From the NCBI RefSeq assembly GCF_009914755.1, contig NC_060936.1: a DNA stretch of 64,000 bases; one strand, written 5' to 3'. Every line of letters starts with the position of its first letter. Position 1 is the first letter of the stretch. Origin of the DNA: the human T2T-CHM13v2.0 reference genome, Homo sapiens. Shown here one piece after another: positions 1 through 55,874 of this stretch. The notes below the pieces were generated by a model that was given only the letters and a program-made list of their open reading frames with translations, was not told the origin of the DNA and did not search any database. A program made the translations under genes and the position numbers.

Positions 1-699
1 TTACTGAGCTCATAGAAAGTTCCAGGCATGTTCACAGCAGGGAACAAAGCAAAAAGTCTTTGCCCCCACCTCCTTTACATTCCATTGGAGGGAGACAGAT
101 AATAAGCACAAATCAATAGGTGGTCTTATGGAGCACCTCCTTGGACCAGGTGCTAGGCTAGCTCCTCATTATCCAAAGAATAAAGGTCAAACTCTTTGAG
201 TACATGGGAGGCTGCAGCAGGAGAGTCCTTGAACCCGGGAGGCGGAGGTTGCAGTGAGCCGAGATCACGCCACTGCACTCCAGCCTGGGTGACAGAGTGA
301 GACTCCATGTCAGACAAGCAAACAAGCAAACAAAACTCCCAAATACAGAACAACATCCCAGCCTTACGCATCACATGCATCACTGCGCCTGTGAGGGCTG
401 GATTTGTGGTCAAAGCAAACTGGGTTCAGCTTAATGGTTTGACTTCTCAGTTTCTTCATCTGTAAAATGGGAATAATAATATAATAATGCCCTCATAGGC
501 TGATTGCATGCTAGTCTTGACCAGAGCCACATGTGAATAAATTTGACAGCACAGTCTTGCTAGGCAGGGGAAGGCCCTGTGGGTTGAGTTTTGCCAAGTG
601 CTCCCCTAGCAGGTCTAATCCATCGCACTCCGGCCTGGGAGACAGAGTGAGAGTCCGTCTCAAAAACAACAACAACAACAAAAAAGACCAAGACAGTGT

Positions 700-1405
<706 letters not shown>

Positions 1406-1495
1406 CTAGATGTCATCTTAGGGAGAGAAGTTGTCTGAGACCCTGAGCAATTATCCCAAGACACCGAGCTTATTACTTTCAAAAGGAACTGTTTA

Positions 1496-2085
<590 letters not shown>

Positions 2086-2139
2086 AGGAACTGTTTAAAT
2101 TGTTGCAAGAAAATAAGTCATAAATCTGGCTATAACAAG

Positions 2140-2763
2140 TTTTTTGTTTGTTTTTTGTTTTTTGTTTTTTTTGAGACAGGGTCTCACTCCGTGGTCCAGG
2201 CTGGAAAGCAGTGGCTCGATCTTGGCCCACTGCAGTCCTGAACTCCCAGATTCAAGTGATCCTCTTACCTCAGTCTCTGAGTAGTTGGACCTACAGGCGT
2301 GTGCCACCATCCCTGGCTAATTTTTAAATTTTTTGTAGATGGCCAGGGGCAGTGGCTCACGCCTGTAATCCTAGCACTTTGGGAGGCTGAGGTGGGTGGA
2401 TCACTTGAGGTCAGGAGCTCGAAACCAGCCTAGCCAACATGGTGAAACCTCGTCTCTACTAAAAATACAAAAAAATAGCCAGGCATAGTGGCAGGTGCCT
2501 GTAATCCCAGCTACCCGGGAGACTGAGTCAGGAGAATCGCTTGAACCCAGGAGGCAGACAGAGGTTGCAGTGAGCTAAGATCGCGCCACTGCACTCCAGC
2601 CTGGGCAACAGAGCAAGACTCCATCTCAAAAAAAGAAAAAATTTTTTCATAGAAACGGGGTCTGACTGTGTTGCCCAGGCTGGTCTTAAACTCAGGCTCA
2701 AGCAATCCTTTTGCCCTGGGCTCTGTAAGTCCTAGGATTACAGGCATGAGCCACTGTACCTGG
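2140..2763. mobile_element. Minus-strand AluJ-like element with nested plus-strand Alu (about 2341-2640)
   Basis: Alu consensus in both orientations. Confidence 0.85.
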
Positions 2764-3552
2764 CCACAAGTTTTTCTTGTATTTGGTTTTGTTCTCCTTC
2801 CAACCACCACCATCAGCAGTTTGAGACTTGTAAGAGATATAGTAAAACAGTTAAAGGGAATAAAGAAATACTTCCTCTGCAAAATACCAGTCTCAACAAT
2901 GAAAATAATACCAAATGAGACTTAAACATGCTGAAAAGCAAGTAAAACCAGGCTCATTTCTGATACACTCCCCTGCTCCATGCTCCTTTGCTCCATTCAC
3001 ACCAAACTAATACTAATTGTGGACATACCTTATGTTTTCAGGACTCTGCCTTTGTATGTGGTGTTTCTTCAACTTGGAATGCCCTGCCTCCCGTTCTCCA
3101 ACTGGCAAGCCTAGTATTTTCTCAGGACTCTGCAAAGCCTTCCCTAACCGCCCCCGCAACACAAGGCGGATGTGGTACCCTCACTTGTGCCTCCGCAACA
3201 GTGCGCAGGTTTATCAGAGCTCTCCCCATGCATGGTAGTCAGCTGTTCCTGGTCTGCCCCTCCCATTAGACTGTGAACTCTTAGAGGGAGGGGCTGTGGA
3301 CCATGGCTTATTCATCTTTGTGTATTCTCAGCACCTACCTCTGTAAATGTTAAAAATAATAGGTATCATTTACTGATCATCACCATATTTTAATTTCTAT
3401 ACATAATATCTAACATAGATACATTATTTCACTTCCTCATTGTCCAACTGAAATGTATAAAGTGGGTTATTTGAAGTGGGTTATTAAAAATAACCACTTC
3501 CAAAAGTGGTGACATAAACTCATCTTTCACACATACACATAAATATGCCTCC

Positions 3553-7120
<3,568 letters not shown>

Positions 7121-8211
7121 CAGCCCATCTTTATAAAGGATCCTGGTGGTCAAAAAGCCGCCTCTTTCTGACAGTCACACAGAACGGCCCAAGCTGAGCA
7201 CTGAGAGCTGCCAGGCCCCTGGCCTGGTCCCCATCCCACACTTCTGCTTCCCGAGCCCTGGGGCTCCCTTCAGGAGCTGAATGGGCACAGTGCCAGGCCA
7301 GATGGCGAAGATGGAAAAAACTGCCAAAAAGGAGGCTAACAGGATGTGGAAGGAGGGAATCTAGGTGTTGGGGAGGGGCAGCCCAGACCCTCTCCCCCAA
7401 TCCTGCCTTGAAGAAGAGGTCAGGCTGTAGGAGAGATGCAGGAATCAAAGAAATGGCAGCTGCCCCAGAAAAGAAGGAACACCAGGAAGGAGGGACATGG
7501 AGGCCCCCATAGGCTGAAGAACGTCGGCACACACTGATGTCAGGTAAGTATACCACTCATTACACGTGTGTGCACAGACACATATACACACACGCTAAGA
7601 GATGTGCACACAAGACCCCTAGTAACATAGAACTCAGTGTCTATACACATCCTGTAATAAACACGTATGTGCATAGACAACTGGGCTGGGGAGGAAGAGA
7701 AAGAAGGCCCTGCCTTAGGGACAGTATCCTTACACAGACAGAACCAGGCAGCTTCACAAGCATGGGAGATCTCAACCCCAAGGCACTGAGGAGCAAAGTG
7801 ACCACGACACACACAGAGGGTCCGGGACTGCTCCTTCTATATCACCCACCCCAACACCGCTCACACACCAGAATGTGTGCAGCCACCTTCCTTCTCCCTG
7901 GGTCTCCGTCCTTCAGCTTCCCATGTACACATCCGGGGGCCAGGTTACTTACCTCCTCAGGGCCTCTGGGATCTGTCCCATTTGCCCTCTGAGCTGGGCT
8001 GGGCACTGCTCTTTGCTGAGATAAGCCAGAGGGGCAGGGCTATTTTATGCCAGAGGCAGGAAGTGAGAACAAGAGTGTAAAAGTGAGCAGGAGGTGCAAT
8101 CATGATCATTCCCTCACTCTCCTCCACACACCCTGCCCTGGTATCCAGCCTCTTGGGCAAATGACGTTGAGGGGAGCTGAAGAGAAAGGACCAGGGGGCT
8201 GGGAACAATGA

Positions 8212-8637
<426 letters not shown>

Positions 8638-9710
8638 CTGCCTCCTCTTTCAAATAATTCACATCCTGGGTCCCCTGACTCCAATTCCTAGGGTCAGAGG
8701 TCTGAAAAGAAGGTTCTTACATCTCCCCATCCTCCTTGCCCCTGAGAATCAGCTCTGGAATAGCCCCACCCTCATTTTAGAGTCTCGTGGCCCATCAGTG
8801 TCTCAGCCCCGACACAGGAAGTCCCTCTTTAGTATGTACTCTAACCCACTCGCTGAATTAGCGAAGCCTACTTCCTCTGCTTCTGTGTTCAGGCAGCGCT
8901 GGGAGGATGCACCCTTTCCCCACAGACAGGCTTCATCATGAAGACTCAGTATCTCTGTATCCAGGCCCTCCAAACAGACCCCAGCTGTGCTGAGCCTCCA
9001 GCAGAAGCTTAGCTCAGTCCAAAGCCTTTGTGAAAAGCTCTGTCCCAGAGCTGTTTTGAGGGCACAAATGAATCCTTTTCTTCCGCTTATCCTGGTCCTG
9101 AGGGGCAGGGATGAGATGGAAGACTAAATGGAACAGGAGGATGAATCCTCATCCTCAAGGTTTGGAGACAGTACAAAGTCCCCAGGGTAGGCGGGGAGGC
9201 CTCCTTCTGCCCAGGGGCCACATTCTTCCTCAGAGAGGAGTCTCTGGCACGGATCCCGGGTGTCAGGTCGTGTCTTCCCTCCTCCCTGGCCCAGGCCTGC
9301 CTGCTTCTCCAGCCAGAATTCCTGCTCCTGCCTTTCCCCACCCTTCTCTGCTGAAGCCTGTCTTTTCCTGCATTTCCAGCATCATCCTCGGCCCTGGCTT
9401 CTCCCTCCCTGAGTACTCTGACCTCATCCCTCCTGACATTTGTCTGGGAAAAGGCAGAAAGCAAAGGTGGTCTACAGCTCAATAACTAGTTTCCCTGATG
9501 TGCGGATATCACCTTGCCATTGTGCCTCTCCCTTTACCCTGCTTTCGAGAGCTGGAAAAGCAAGAAAGTCAGTCCCAAGAGAAGCCACGGAGGCAGGCCC
9601 AGCCCCCTGACCTGTGTCCTGAGGTGGTCTGTGTGCATCTGACCCTTGCTTGTAGCCTGGCAGGTCCTGCTTCCTCAGGGAAATCCACCAGAGCCTGTGG
9701 GCTTTGCTGA

Positions 9711-11465
<1,755 letters not shown>

Positions 11466-12271
11466 GAAAGGAAGGAAGGAAGAGAGAAAAAAAGGAGTAG
11501 TTCTGGAGATACAATCTGGTGGAGGTCCCCTTCTTGTCATGGGGGCCCCACAACCACAGGGAAGAGGTAGGCCCCATCCTCATGGTGTGATGTGAAGGTA
11601 TCATAAAGCCCTGCTGACCTCCGAATATGTCCCCCACCTCCAAAATTCCATCCCCTGAAGCCACCATCTATCAGAGCCATAGGGACATCAAAGACCATCA
11701 GTCTAATCCCCTTATATAGATGCACCTTTTGGGTTAAGGCAGCACTTCCTGAAGACCCCATTACAGTACACCTTGGCTAGTTGGGAAGGATAACACTGAG
11801 AACACATCTCTGCCAGTCAACCCATTAGCAAGTTTGATTAGATCAGCTCATTGTCATCTGCCTGGCCCTGGGGGATGTGTGGTGTAGGGGTTGAGGTTTA
11901 ACTGCGAGTGGAAAAAGTGTGTAAACAGTCCCCAGAGGGCCCTCCCTGGGAGGCCCAAGGCTCAGTTCCACAGTGGGGGCCTAGAGGGGGAGGGGGAGGA
12001 CACAGCCTCTGCGAGATGCCCCAGAGTGGGGGCTTCAAGCATCAAAGAGGAGCACTCCCGAGGTGTAGCAGGCATGTTAGCTGTTTGTCCAGCGCCATCT
12101 GAAAAGATCTGTCTATTTGAGGCAGCTCCTTTCGGCTTTTTACTCTGTTCAGAAGGGTTTTCCAGGGCCCATGCCCACCCTCTTCTCTGTCCCCCACCCA
12201 AATCTCCCATTTCTACAGGGGGGTGCTCCCCTTGTGCTCCCTGTGCAGTTCAATTCGTGACACCCCCATAC

Positions 12272-12325
12272 CTGTGCTCCGTGTTGCTCTGCGCTGCCCC
12301 AAGCTGGCTTCCGCTGCCTGCTCTG
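12272..12325 (-). other. LPAR5: Putative non-coding first exon of LPAR5 (proximal); positions 1-12271 would be intron 1
   Basis: Strong donor CAG|gtatgg (GT at 12271-12270) in a GC-rich unique island about 2 kb past the ACRBP 3' end. Identity rests on recalled gene order LPAR5-ACRBP-ING4-ZNF384; no LPAR5 CDS is in the window and the TSS is approximate. Confidence 0.6.
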
Positions 12326-12351
12326 GGCTGGGCTGGGCTGGGCTGGGCTGG
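12323..12351 (+). repeat. (CTGGG)5 pentamer repeat
   Basis: ctgggctgggctgggctgggctgggctgg. Confidence 0.9.
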
Positions 12352-12659
12352 TAGGACCTGCTCCCGGGGCGGGAGGGGACACACCCACCTCAGCAGATCT
12401 CAGCCCATCCCTCCCAGCTCAGTGCACTCACCCAACCCCACACGGGCCAAGGAGAGAGTGAAGAGGAAGCATTGCCCTCAGAGGCCTTCACGGACTGGCC
12501 AGAGAAGAAACCCCAGCAGCTAAGGATACTTAATCCAGCCCCGACTAGGAACTGCCCCCACCCATCGTTCAGATATTCCTGCTGTGTCTGGGAACTCTTC
12601 CTGGCACACCCACCGTCTGATGCCAGATGACTAACCCACCAGCCTCTCGCTGTCCTCAC

Positions 12660-12815
12660 CGGTTCCCCCTGGGTGTCTGTCTTCCTTTCCTAGGTCTGCC
12701 AGGTGGTTTAGTCCATGCTACTCGTGGCTTAGTCCATGCCACTCGTGGCTTGTGCCCCACCCTGCCCGGGGCCCTCTTCATGACAGTGCTCTGCTAGGTC
12801 CTGCCTCCCACTGAG
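12660..12815 (-). other. LPAR5: Putative alternative (distal) non-coding first exon of LPAR5
   Basis: Donor CCG|gtgagg (GT at 12659-12658); synteny. 5' boundary approximate. Confidence 0.4.
12703..12751. repeat. 21-bp tandem duplication (x2.3)
   Basis: gtggtttagtccatgctactc / gtggcttagtccatgccactc / gtggctt. Confidence 0.88.
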
Positions 12816-13309
12816 CACACTTGGCTCCCGCATCGAGCAGTCACTAGGCTGGATGGTTCCTCTTTGCTTAGGTCTGTTTCTCCTCAGCCCGTTGTCTTGT
12901 GTCCTCGGGCCAGACAACACAGAGACAAGTGGCCCTGTGGGCACAGGGCTGGGCATGTTGTCCATGCTCAATAAATAAAAACAAGTTCAAGTTTTTTGGT
13001 GGTAGGTGGAAAAGGGATTGTGGTGAAATGAGTTTGGGAAGCACTAGGTTAAACAGGTTTCTCTATTACCGCGCTCCGGAGGGCCTTAACATGCTGTCAG
13101 ATGATAGGCCTTGTGTTGATCATGGAAACTGGGTGAAGGGTACATGACAGTGCATTATACTTTTCTATTTTTGTGCATGTTTGAACTGTCATAGTAAGCA
13201 AGCTTTAACAAAATGCTGTTAATTACTGCGAACCTATAGAAGGGAGAGAGACTCTACAGTGTCCCTGGAACATACTTTGGGATATGTCAACTTATTAAAG
13301 GCCAATGCT

Positions 13310-14005
13310 GAGCCAGGCACGGTGGATCACACCTGTAATCCCAACACTTTGGGAGGCCGAGGCGGGCAGATCACGAGGTCAGGAGTTCAAGACCAGTCTG
13401 GCCAACATAGTGAAACCCCTTCTCTACTAAAAATACACAAAAAATTAGCCGGGCATGGTGGTGTGCGCCTGTAATCCCAGCTACTTAGGAGGCTGAGGCA
13501 AGAGAATCACGTGAACCCAGGAGGCGGAGGTTGCAGTGAGCCAAGATAGTGCCACTGCACTCTAGCCCAGGCAACAGAACAAGACTCCGTCTCACTAATA
13601 ATAATAATAATAATAAAGGCCAATGCTGGAGTCATACCTCAATGTAGGTTGTTAAGATGCAACCACTTAAACATCCAGATCATCTGGCAAATTCCTGTAC
13701 ACCAAGGGTTTCCTTCCTGTAATCCCAGCACTTTGGGAGGCCGAGGTGGGAAAATTGCTTGAGCCCAGGAGTTCGAGACCAACCTGGGCAACATGGAGGG
13801 ACCCCATCTCTACAAAAAAATTTAAAAATTAGCCAGGCGTAGTGGCACATTCCTGTGGTCACAGGGACCTGAGAGGCTGAGGTAGGAGTGTGGCTGGAGC
13901 CCAGGAGGTCAAGACTGCAGTGGGTGGTGATCATGCCACTGCACTCCAGCCTGGGTGACAGAGCGAGACCCTGTCTCAAACACAAAACAACAACAACAAA
14001 AACAA
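13310..14005 (+). mobile_element. Two Alus
   Basis: 13310-13615 with TSD taaaggccaatgctg; 13715-14005 5'-truncated. Confidence 0.88.
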
Positions 14006-14451
14006 CCCCAAGGTTTCCTGATCTAGGCTATAGTTCCTGGTTTTTCCCTTCCTGATTAAGTGCAAGGTGCACACTCCCTATACCCCAGGATTGGTCCCTT
14101 TGGAAAAGATCTCATCAGGCTTTGGCCTTTATCCTACAGAGGAACAATACTACACTCGCATCTGACATCACGGGGCTTAGGGCTTCAGAAATGAAGACAG
14201 GTGCCCACATGCCCACATCATCCCTAGGGCCCCAGCCTTCTTGGCCTTCCTCAGTTCACCTCCCTGGGTTCTCAGGTCTTCTGCTTCTCCTGGCAGATGG
14301 CTGCTTCCCTGAGCACCATTCCCATGAGATTCTCTCACCGGCAGGTGGATCCATAAAACCAGGGGTTGGGGACTGACTGCCACGGGGCAGGGTAGCAGTG
14401 CTGAGGATGGGGATCACACCAGAACAGGCCACACAGGCTGAAGATCAACAT

Positions 14452-14457
14452 TTTATG
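14452..14457 (-). terminator. ACRBP: Probable ACRBP poly(A) signal, variant CATAAA
   Basis: tttatg on + strand about 190 nt after the stop; I see no AATAAA in the 3'UTR. Confidence 0.55.
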
Positions 14458-14645
14458 TAAAGTCATCTTTTAAGGAGGGCGCAGCTCCCACCATGGCCCT
14501 CTCTGGGACTGTTGCTCCAACCCAAGGAAATGTGAGTAGGGGCCGAGTAACAGACCCAGAAGGGGCAGCCTGAAAGCAATGGGGTCTCAAAACAATAGAG
14601 AACGTGGGCAGGTTGGGCTGGGGTGTGGGCAGAATAGACGCCAGC

Positions 14646-26758
<12,113 letters not shown>

Positions 26759-26971
26759 GTCTGAGGCCCACCCTCCAGCACCTCTGTCTTTCCCAAGTTG
26801 AGAACTTACAAGTTCTCGGACAGAGGCACCACTCTGGTTTCATGTCGTGTCCTAATTCTGGCATGCCATCCTCTCACATCGCATCCAACCCAGAGGACGC
26901 AAAATGAATGCTCAGCATGTTTACTAAAACAGTGTCTCTACAATAAACACAGCAGGCCAACATGTATAGCT

Positions 26972-26977
26972 TTTATT
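26972..26977 (-). terminator. ING4: ING4 proximal poly(A) signal AATAAA
   Basis: tttatt on + strand, about 585 nt after the stop, with GT-rich sequence downstream on the minus strand. Confidence 0.65.
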
Positions 26978-27561
26978 TACCTACCCAAGTTCCTTTTACA
27001 TGTGAGTTATCTGCATTCCACCTTGCCCCCTCTCCCAGGATGAATCCTCTTGGCACAGAGGAAGGGGTGCCCCTTCAACTAGGGCCAGAGCCTAGATGAC
27101 CTGGTGGATCCCCCACCATGAAAAAAGCAGGAAGGGAATGGAGAAGAAAAGTGTTGATCACACCTAGCCCTCACCACAGGAGGGGGAATGAAGAGGTCTG
27201 GGGGACTGCCCCCATGCTATGCCCCAGTCCTTAAATACAAAGCAAGGAGAATGAAAAGGACCCTCCCTCTGAAATACAGCACCGACCTCAGCATGGAGGC
27301 AAAAGGACAGTGGGCAAGACCACGTCCCTCCGAAGGGAGAGGGCTGAAGGAGAGCACATACCGTTAGTGGCTGCGGCACCCCTCCCTACCAGGGTCTGAT
27401 GCAGCCTCAGCACCGGGAGTGGGGAGAGGGGAGGAGAAGGGATGACAGCACTGTGCCATCCACTCCTCCCTGAACCCCTGGCCCCAGCACAGGCATTCCT
27501 CTGCCCACTAGCCCAAGTCAGGGGATGTGGAAGAAACTGTGTTGGAATCCAAGGCCCTTAT

Positions 27562-39468
<11,907 letters not shown>

Positions 39469-39552
39469 CTCGAAGCAAAACAAAGCAACTTCCGATCCGC
39501 CCCGGAAGTGACTGTAACGCGACAGGGGCCGAAGCCATTTTGCGGCTAAAGC

Positions 39553-39627
39553 CTTTCCGCCCTTAAAAGGAGAACTTCCGCCCTTAAAAGGAGAACTTCC
39601 GCCCTTAAAGGAGAACTTCCGCCCTTA
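39553..39627. repeat. 21-bp tandem repeat (cttccgcccttaaaaggagaa) x about 3.6
   Basis: Core ttccgccctta starts at 39555, 39576, 39597 and 39617. Confidence 0.92.
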
Positions 39628-40113
39628 CTATATTACCGCCGGTACACATCCGCCCGACACTGAAACTTTTCCTTTTGCATGGTAGCCACGACCGCCCACA
39701 GTGAGGCGGCTGTAGCCCGCTTCCGCCCTTACAGACACCCCAGGACGCGACCGAGACAGGTATGACGTCACTGGAGGTCGCCATTTTGCATTCTCTAGCA
39801 AACTTTTTTCCCTCCAAAACGGGAATGTATGGTAATCCGTGCAGGGGTAACTGTTCACTTTAGGCTCATATTGCGTAAACATACCTTCTCAGCAACTGGA
39901 AGATCCAACTTTTTTTCCCTCTTTTGCAGAATGACTTTTTTCAAGCCAGTTAGTTTCTTAAGGAAGTTGGGGAAGAGTATCAGGCCTTGAGACATTTAAA
40001 CCGTCTGAATTTCTATTCACTCACACAAACACCATCTCCCCCAGCATTATTTTTTTAACTTGAGAAAGATGATCAACTTTCTACTTATAAATACAAAGAA
40101 TGACTCATAATAA

Positions 40114-40510
<397 letters not shown>

Positions 40511-40938
40511 CCTCTTGCTACTCTCTAAGGGGGAAATCTCGTGTTTTTGTTTTCCTTTTGTTTATATGTGATGTTAGCATCATAATTCTGAAGGGATTGA
40601 GGGATGCAGCAGTATCACTACTGGGCTAGTTGGCTAGTTAGTTGCTAGCCATCACTCTAGTCAGCTATGGTAGAGTGATTTCTATGGTTTTCATCAGAAT
40701 GGGAAGCAGTCAAGGGTATGAGAGGCTGCCAACACACTAGGCTGTCAACACACTGCCAACACAAAGGCCATAACCTAATAGTGGTGTTAGTAAGATAGTA
40801 TCTTAGAGATAGCTGCCACCCCTCACACTTTTCGTACCCTCACACATCCTTCATAAGAATTACCAATGTCTTACGGCAAGTTTTTAAAGAGACAGACTTT
40901 CAGCTATATAATTTCTACCAAATATGTGGAGAAGAGGA

Positions 40939-41108
40939 ACTTCCAACCCGGGGCGGATTGGAAGTTGCTTTGTTTTGCTTCGAGATGGATGCAGGGATGT
41001 ATTTGAAACATTATCTGGACAGTAAGAGCAGGCTGGAGGAGGGGGTTCAGGGGCTGTAGAGTGGTGGGGGTATCAGAGCTGAAAGGATCTGTAGCCTGTA
41101 AACCCCAG
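40939..41108 (+). pseudogene. Inverted partial duplicate of ING4 exon 1 plus intron 1 start
   Basis: Matches the reverse complement of 39350-39509; 4 mismatches in the 90-nt core 40949-41038; retains ATG (40985) and the A|gtaaga donor. Confidence 0.9.
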
Positions 41109-41348
41109 GTTTACTAGTGTGCAGGTAGTAAGATACAGCAATAGAATCCGGGAAACTGCTCTAATTACAAAAGTCATGCTTTTCGGTAACTTGATCTCTG
41201 TGCCTGTTTTACTATACAATGAGACTACTACCTCCCTCATAGGGTTGTTGGAATAAGTGAGTGTGAGTGTATCCATAAAAAGAGTAGATTCTAGTTCTAA
41301 TACTGGTGATGAAGTTAGGGCCATTAGGGCCTTTTCAAGAGTTGGTGA

Positions 41349-42220
<872 letters not shown>

Positions 42221-42847
42221 TTAAAGCAAGTTACTTAATTCTCAAAAAAGGTATCTTCAGAGTTATCTAGTCCAATCCCTTCACTAACAGTTGAAGAAGC
42301 ACCCTGGCCAACACTGGTTGATGGTAGGCAAAGGGCTGAAGTCCAGGTTTCATGACCACATTCTACTCCATAGTACTACAGCTCTCCTGCATAAATCAAT
42401 CTTGCACCCCTTAACCGGTTATGATTTCCACAAGGTAACAAATACACATATGTATACACATTGCCAACTGCAAGCCCCTCTTCCACAGACTCAGGCAGGA
42501 GTGTAGGTCCTTTCAAGAGGCTTCCATTTTTCTTCCATAGGGAGCTTAGCTGTTTTGTTAACACATAACCAAAGCCTTGCTCTCACATATTTAGGCAATG
42601 CAATCCCCATGACAGAATGTGTATGTAGAAGTCCTCATAAACCAGGATTTCACTGGAGACATCATGAAACTGTACCCTTCCATGACTGGAGAATTGCACA
42701 AATGGGGCATCATCACACAAGCACTTGTTCATCACACACACACTCTGGTATAAATCCTCAGTACTGTTCTTGGACATCTCCCCAAATACCTTTTCCGCAT
42801 GCTCGCTCACATCAGTAGCTCCACTGCCTCTGATCCTTTTACATGAA

Positions 42848-42853
42848 TTTATT
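42848..42853 (-). terminator. ZNF384: ZNF384 poly(A) signal AATAAA
   Basis: tttatt on + strand at the end of a 1.2-kb 3'UTR. Confidence 0.7.
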
Positions 42854-44070
42854 TCTATACAATGTTCTAAAAACACCCCTTGGTTTGTACATAAGTTTTT
42901 TTCTTTTTTTCTTCATTTTTAAATTACTTTATAACAACTGGTTTCCTGATTTTTTTTTTAATTTCCTTTCCTCTGAAATCTGCCATGATTTAAAAAAAAA
43001 AAAAAAAGACAAAAAGAAAAATGCTGTGGCTAGAGGACAGGGGTGGAGAGAGGGAAAAAAAGGACAAAAATAAACAAAACATCAAATATGAAAATTCTCA
43101 GAGATAATGCATTTATAAACACAGAAATGGTTACAACAAAGATGGCCGTGATGAGTGGGTATAATATATTTATATATATATATTTATATATAAATCCGTG
43201 TCCGGCATCTGACTGTGGCACCTAGGGAGCTAAGTCCAGTCCTTGCGTTTGCCTTGAACTCTCCCTTCTCCGCAACACCCCTGTTTTGGAGTTTCACAGA
43301 TAACACAAAGCCTCCCACAGCTCCTTGGGGGTGGGTTGGGGAGACTGAGAGTATAGGGTCTTTGTAGGCAGAGAAGGAGAGAGGCTTCAAGGAAATCCGT
43401 AAAACCATAACACACACTTCTAAGCCACCTGTGACCAACTTGGGAATTTCTGGCCCCTTGGGGACCACATCTCAGCCCTTGCCCCCTTCAAATAAAAGGA
43501 GGTCTAGCCCCTACCCCAAATCTCCTTCTACCAGCAGTCAATAGGAAGCAAAGTGAGACGATGTAGGGGAAGAAATGGCTCTCAGGGACTGAGGCATTTG
43601 AGAAACCTCTGTTCTTTTGCAGGCAAGAATAGAACAAGAGGCTGGTTGCATTTGGGGCTCCCTTTTCTCTGTTATCTGGGAGGGCCAGCCTCTAGTCTTA
43701 CATCAGCCCAAACTTTGAGGATAAGGAGGGTAAGGATAGGGTAAGTGGCCACACTGGACAAGGTTCTATGAGGTCATAGCAAATCCTTCCCTTGAGCACC
43801 GACCCCCAGTTTTAGAAGCTTTGCTTGGGAGGGGAGGCTGCTGGATGACACCATCAGCTCAGTATTCCTTTGCAATCAGGAGGGCTGATGTTCCTTTTGA
43901 AGAAGAGTTCAGAAAAAGGATGGTATCCTGTGAAGGAAAGCCGTGACAGAGGCCCAAGGAGATGGAGCCAAGGCCTGTCAAGGAAGAAAAGGACTTTTCC
44001 CACCAAGAGTTGGAGAAAGAAGACACCAGGACTACTTCTTCCTCTTCCCAGTGGGTGGCAGCACGGATCT

Positions 44071-55874
<11,804 letters not shown>

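Noticed and set aside
7558-7680. CA-rich degenerate stretch inside a 151-aa ORF
   Set aside because: Decayed microsatellite-like low complexity explains the His/Thr-rich translation.
11891-12523. 210-aa plus-strand ORF
   Set aside because: Non-ATG start, GC-rich promoter sequence including the GGGCT repeat, and no recognisable domain.
39553-39627. Short direct repeats superficially like a CRISPR array
   Set aside because: Units are contiguous with no unique spacers, there are no cas genes, and the DNA is mammalian; it is a minisatellite.
40939-41108. ING4 copy interpreted as a processed pseudogene
   Set aside because: It contains intron 1 sequence, lacks exon 2 and has no poly(A) tail, so it is a genomic duplication.
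43160-43196. AT-rich hairpin in the ZNF384 3'UTR
   Set aside because: Low-complexity (AT)n sequence is self-complementary by default; no specific evidence of function.
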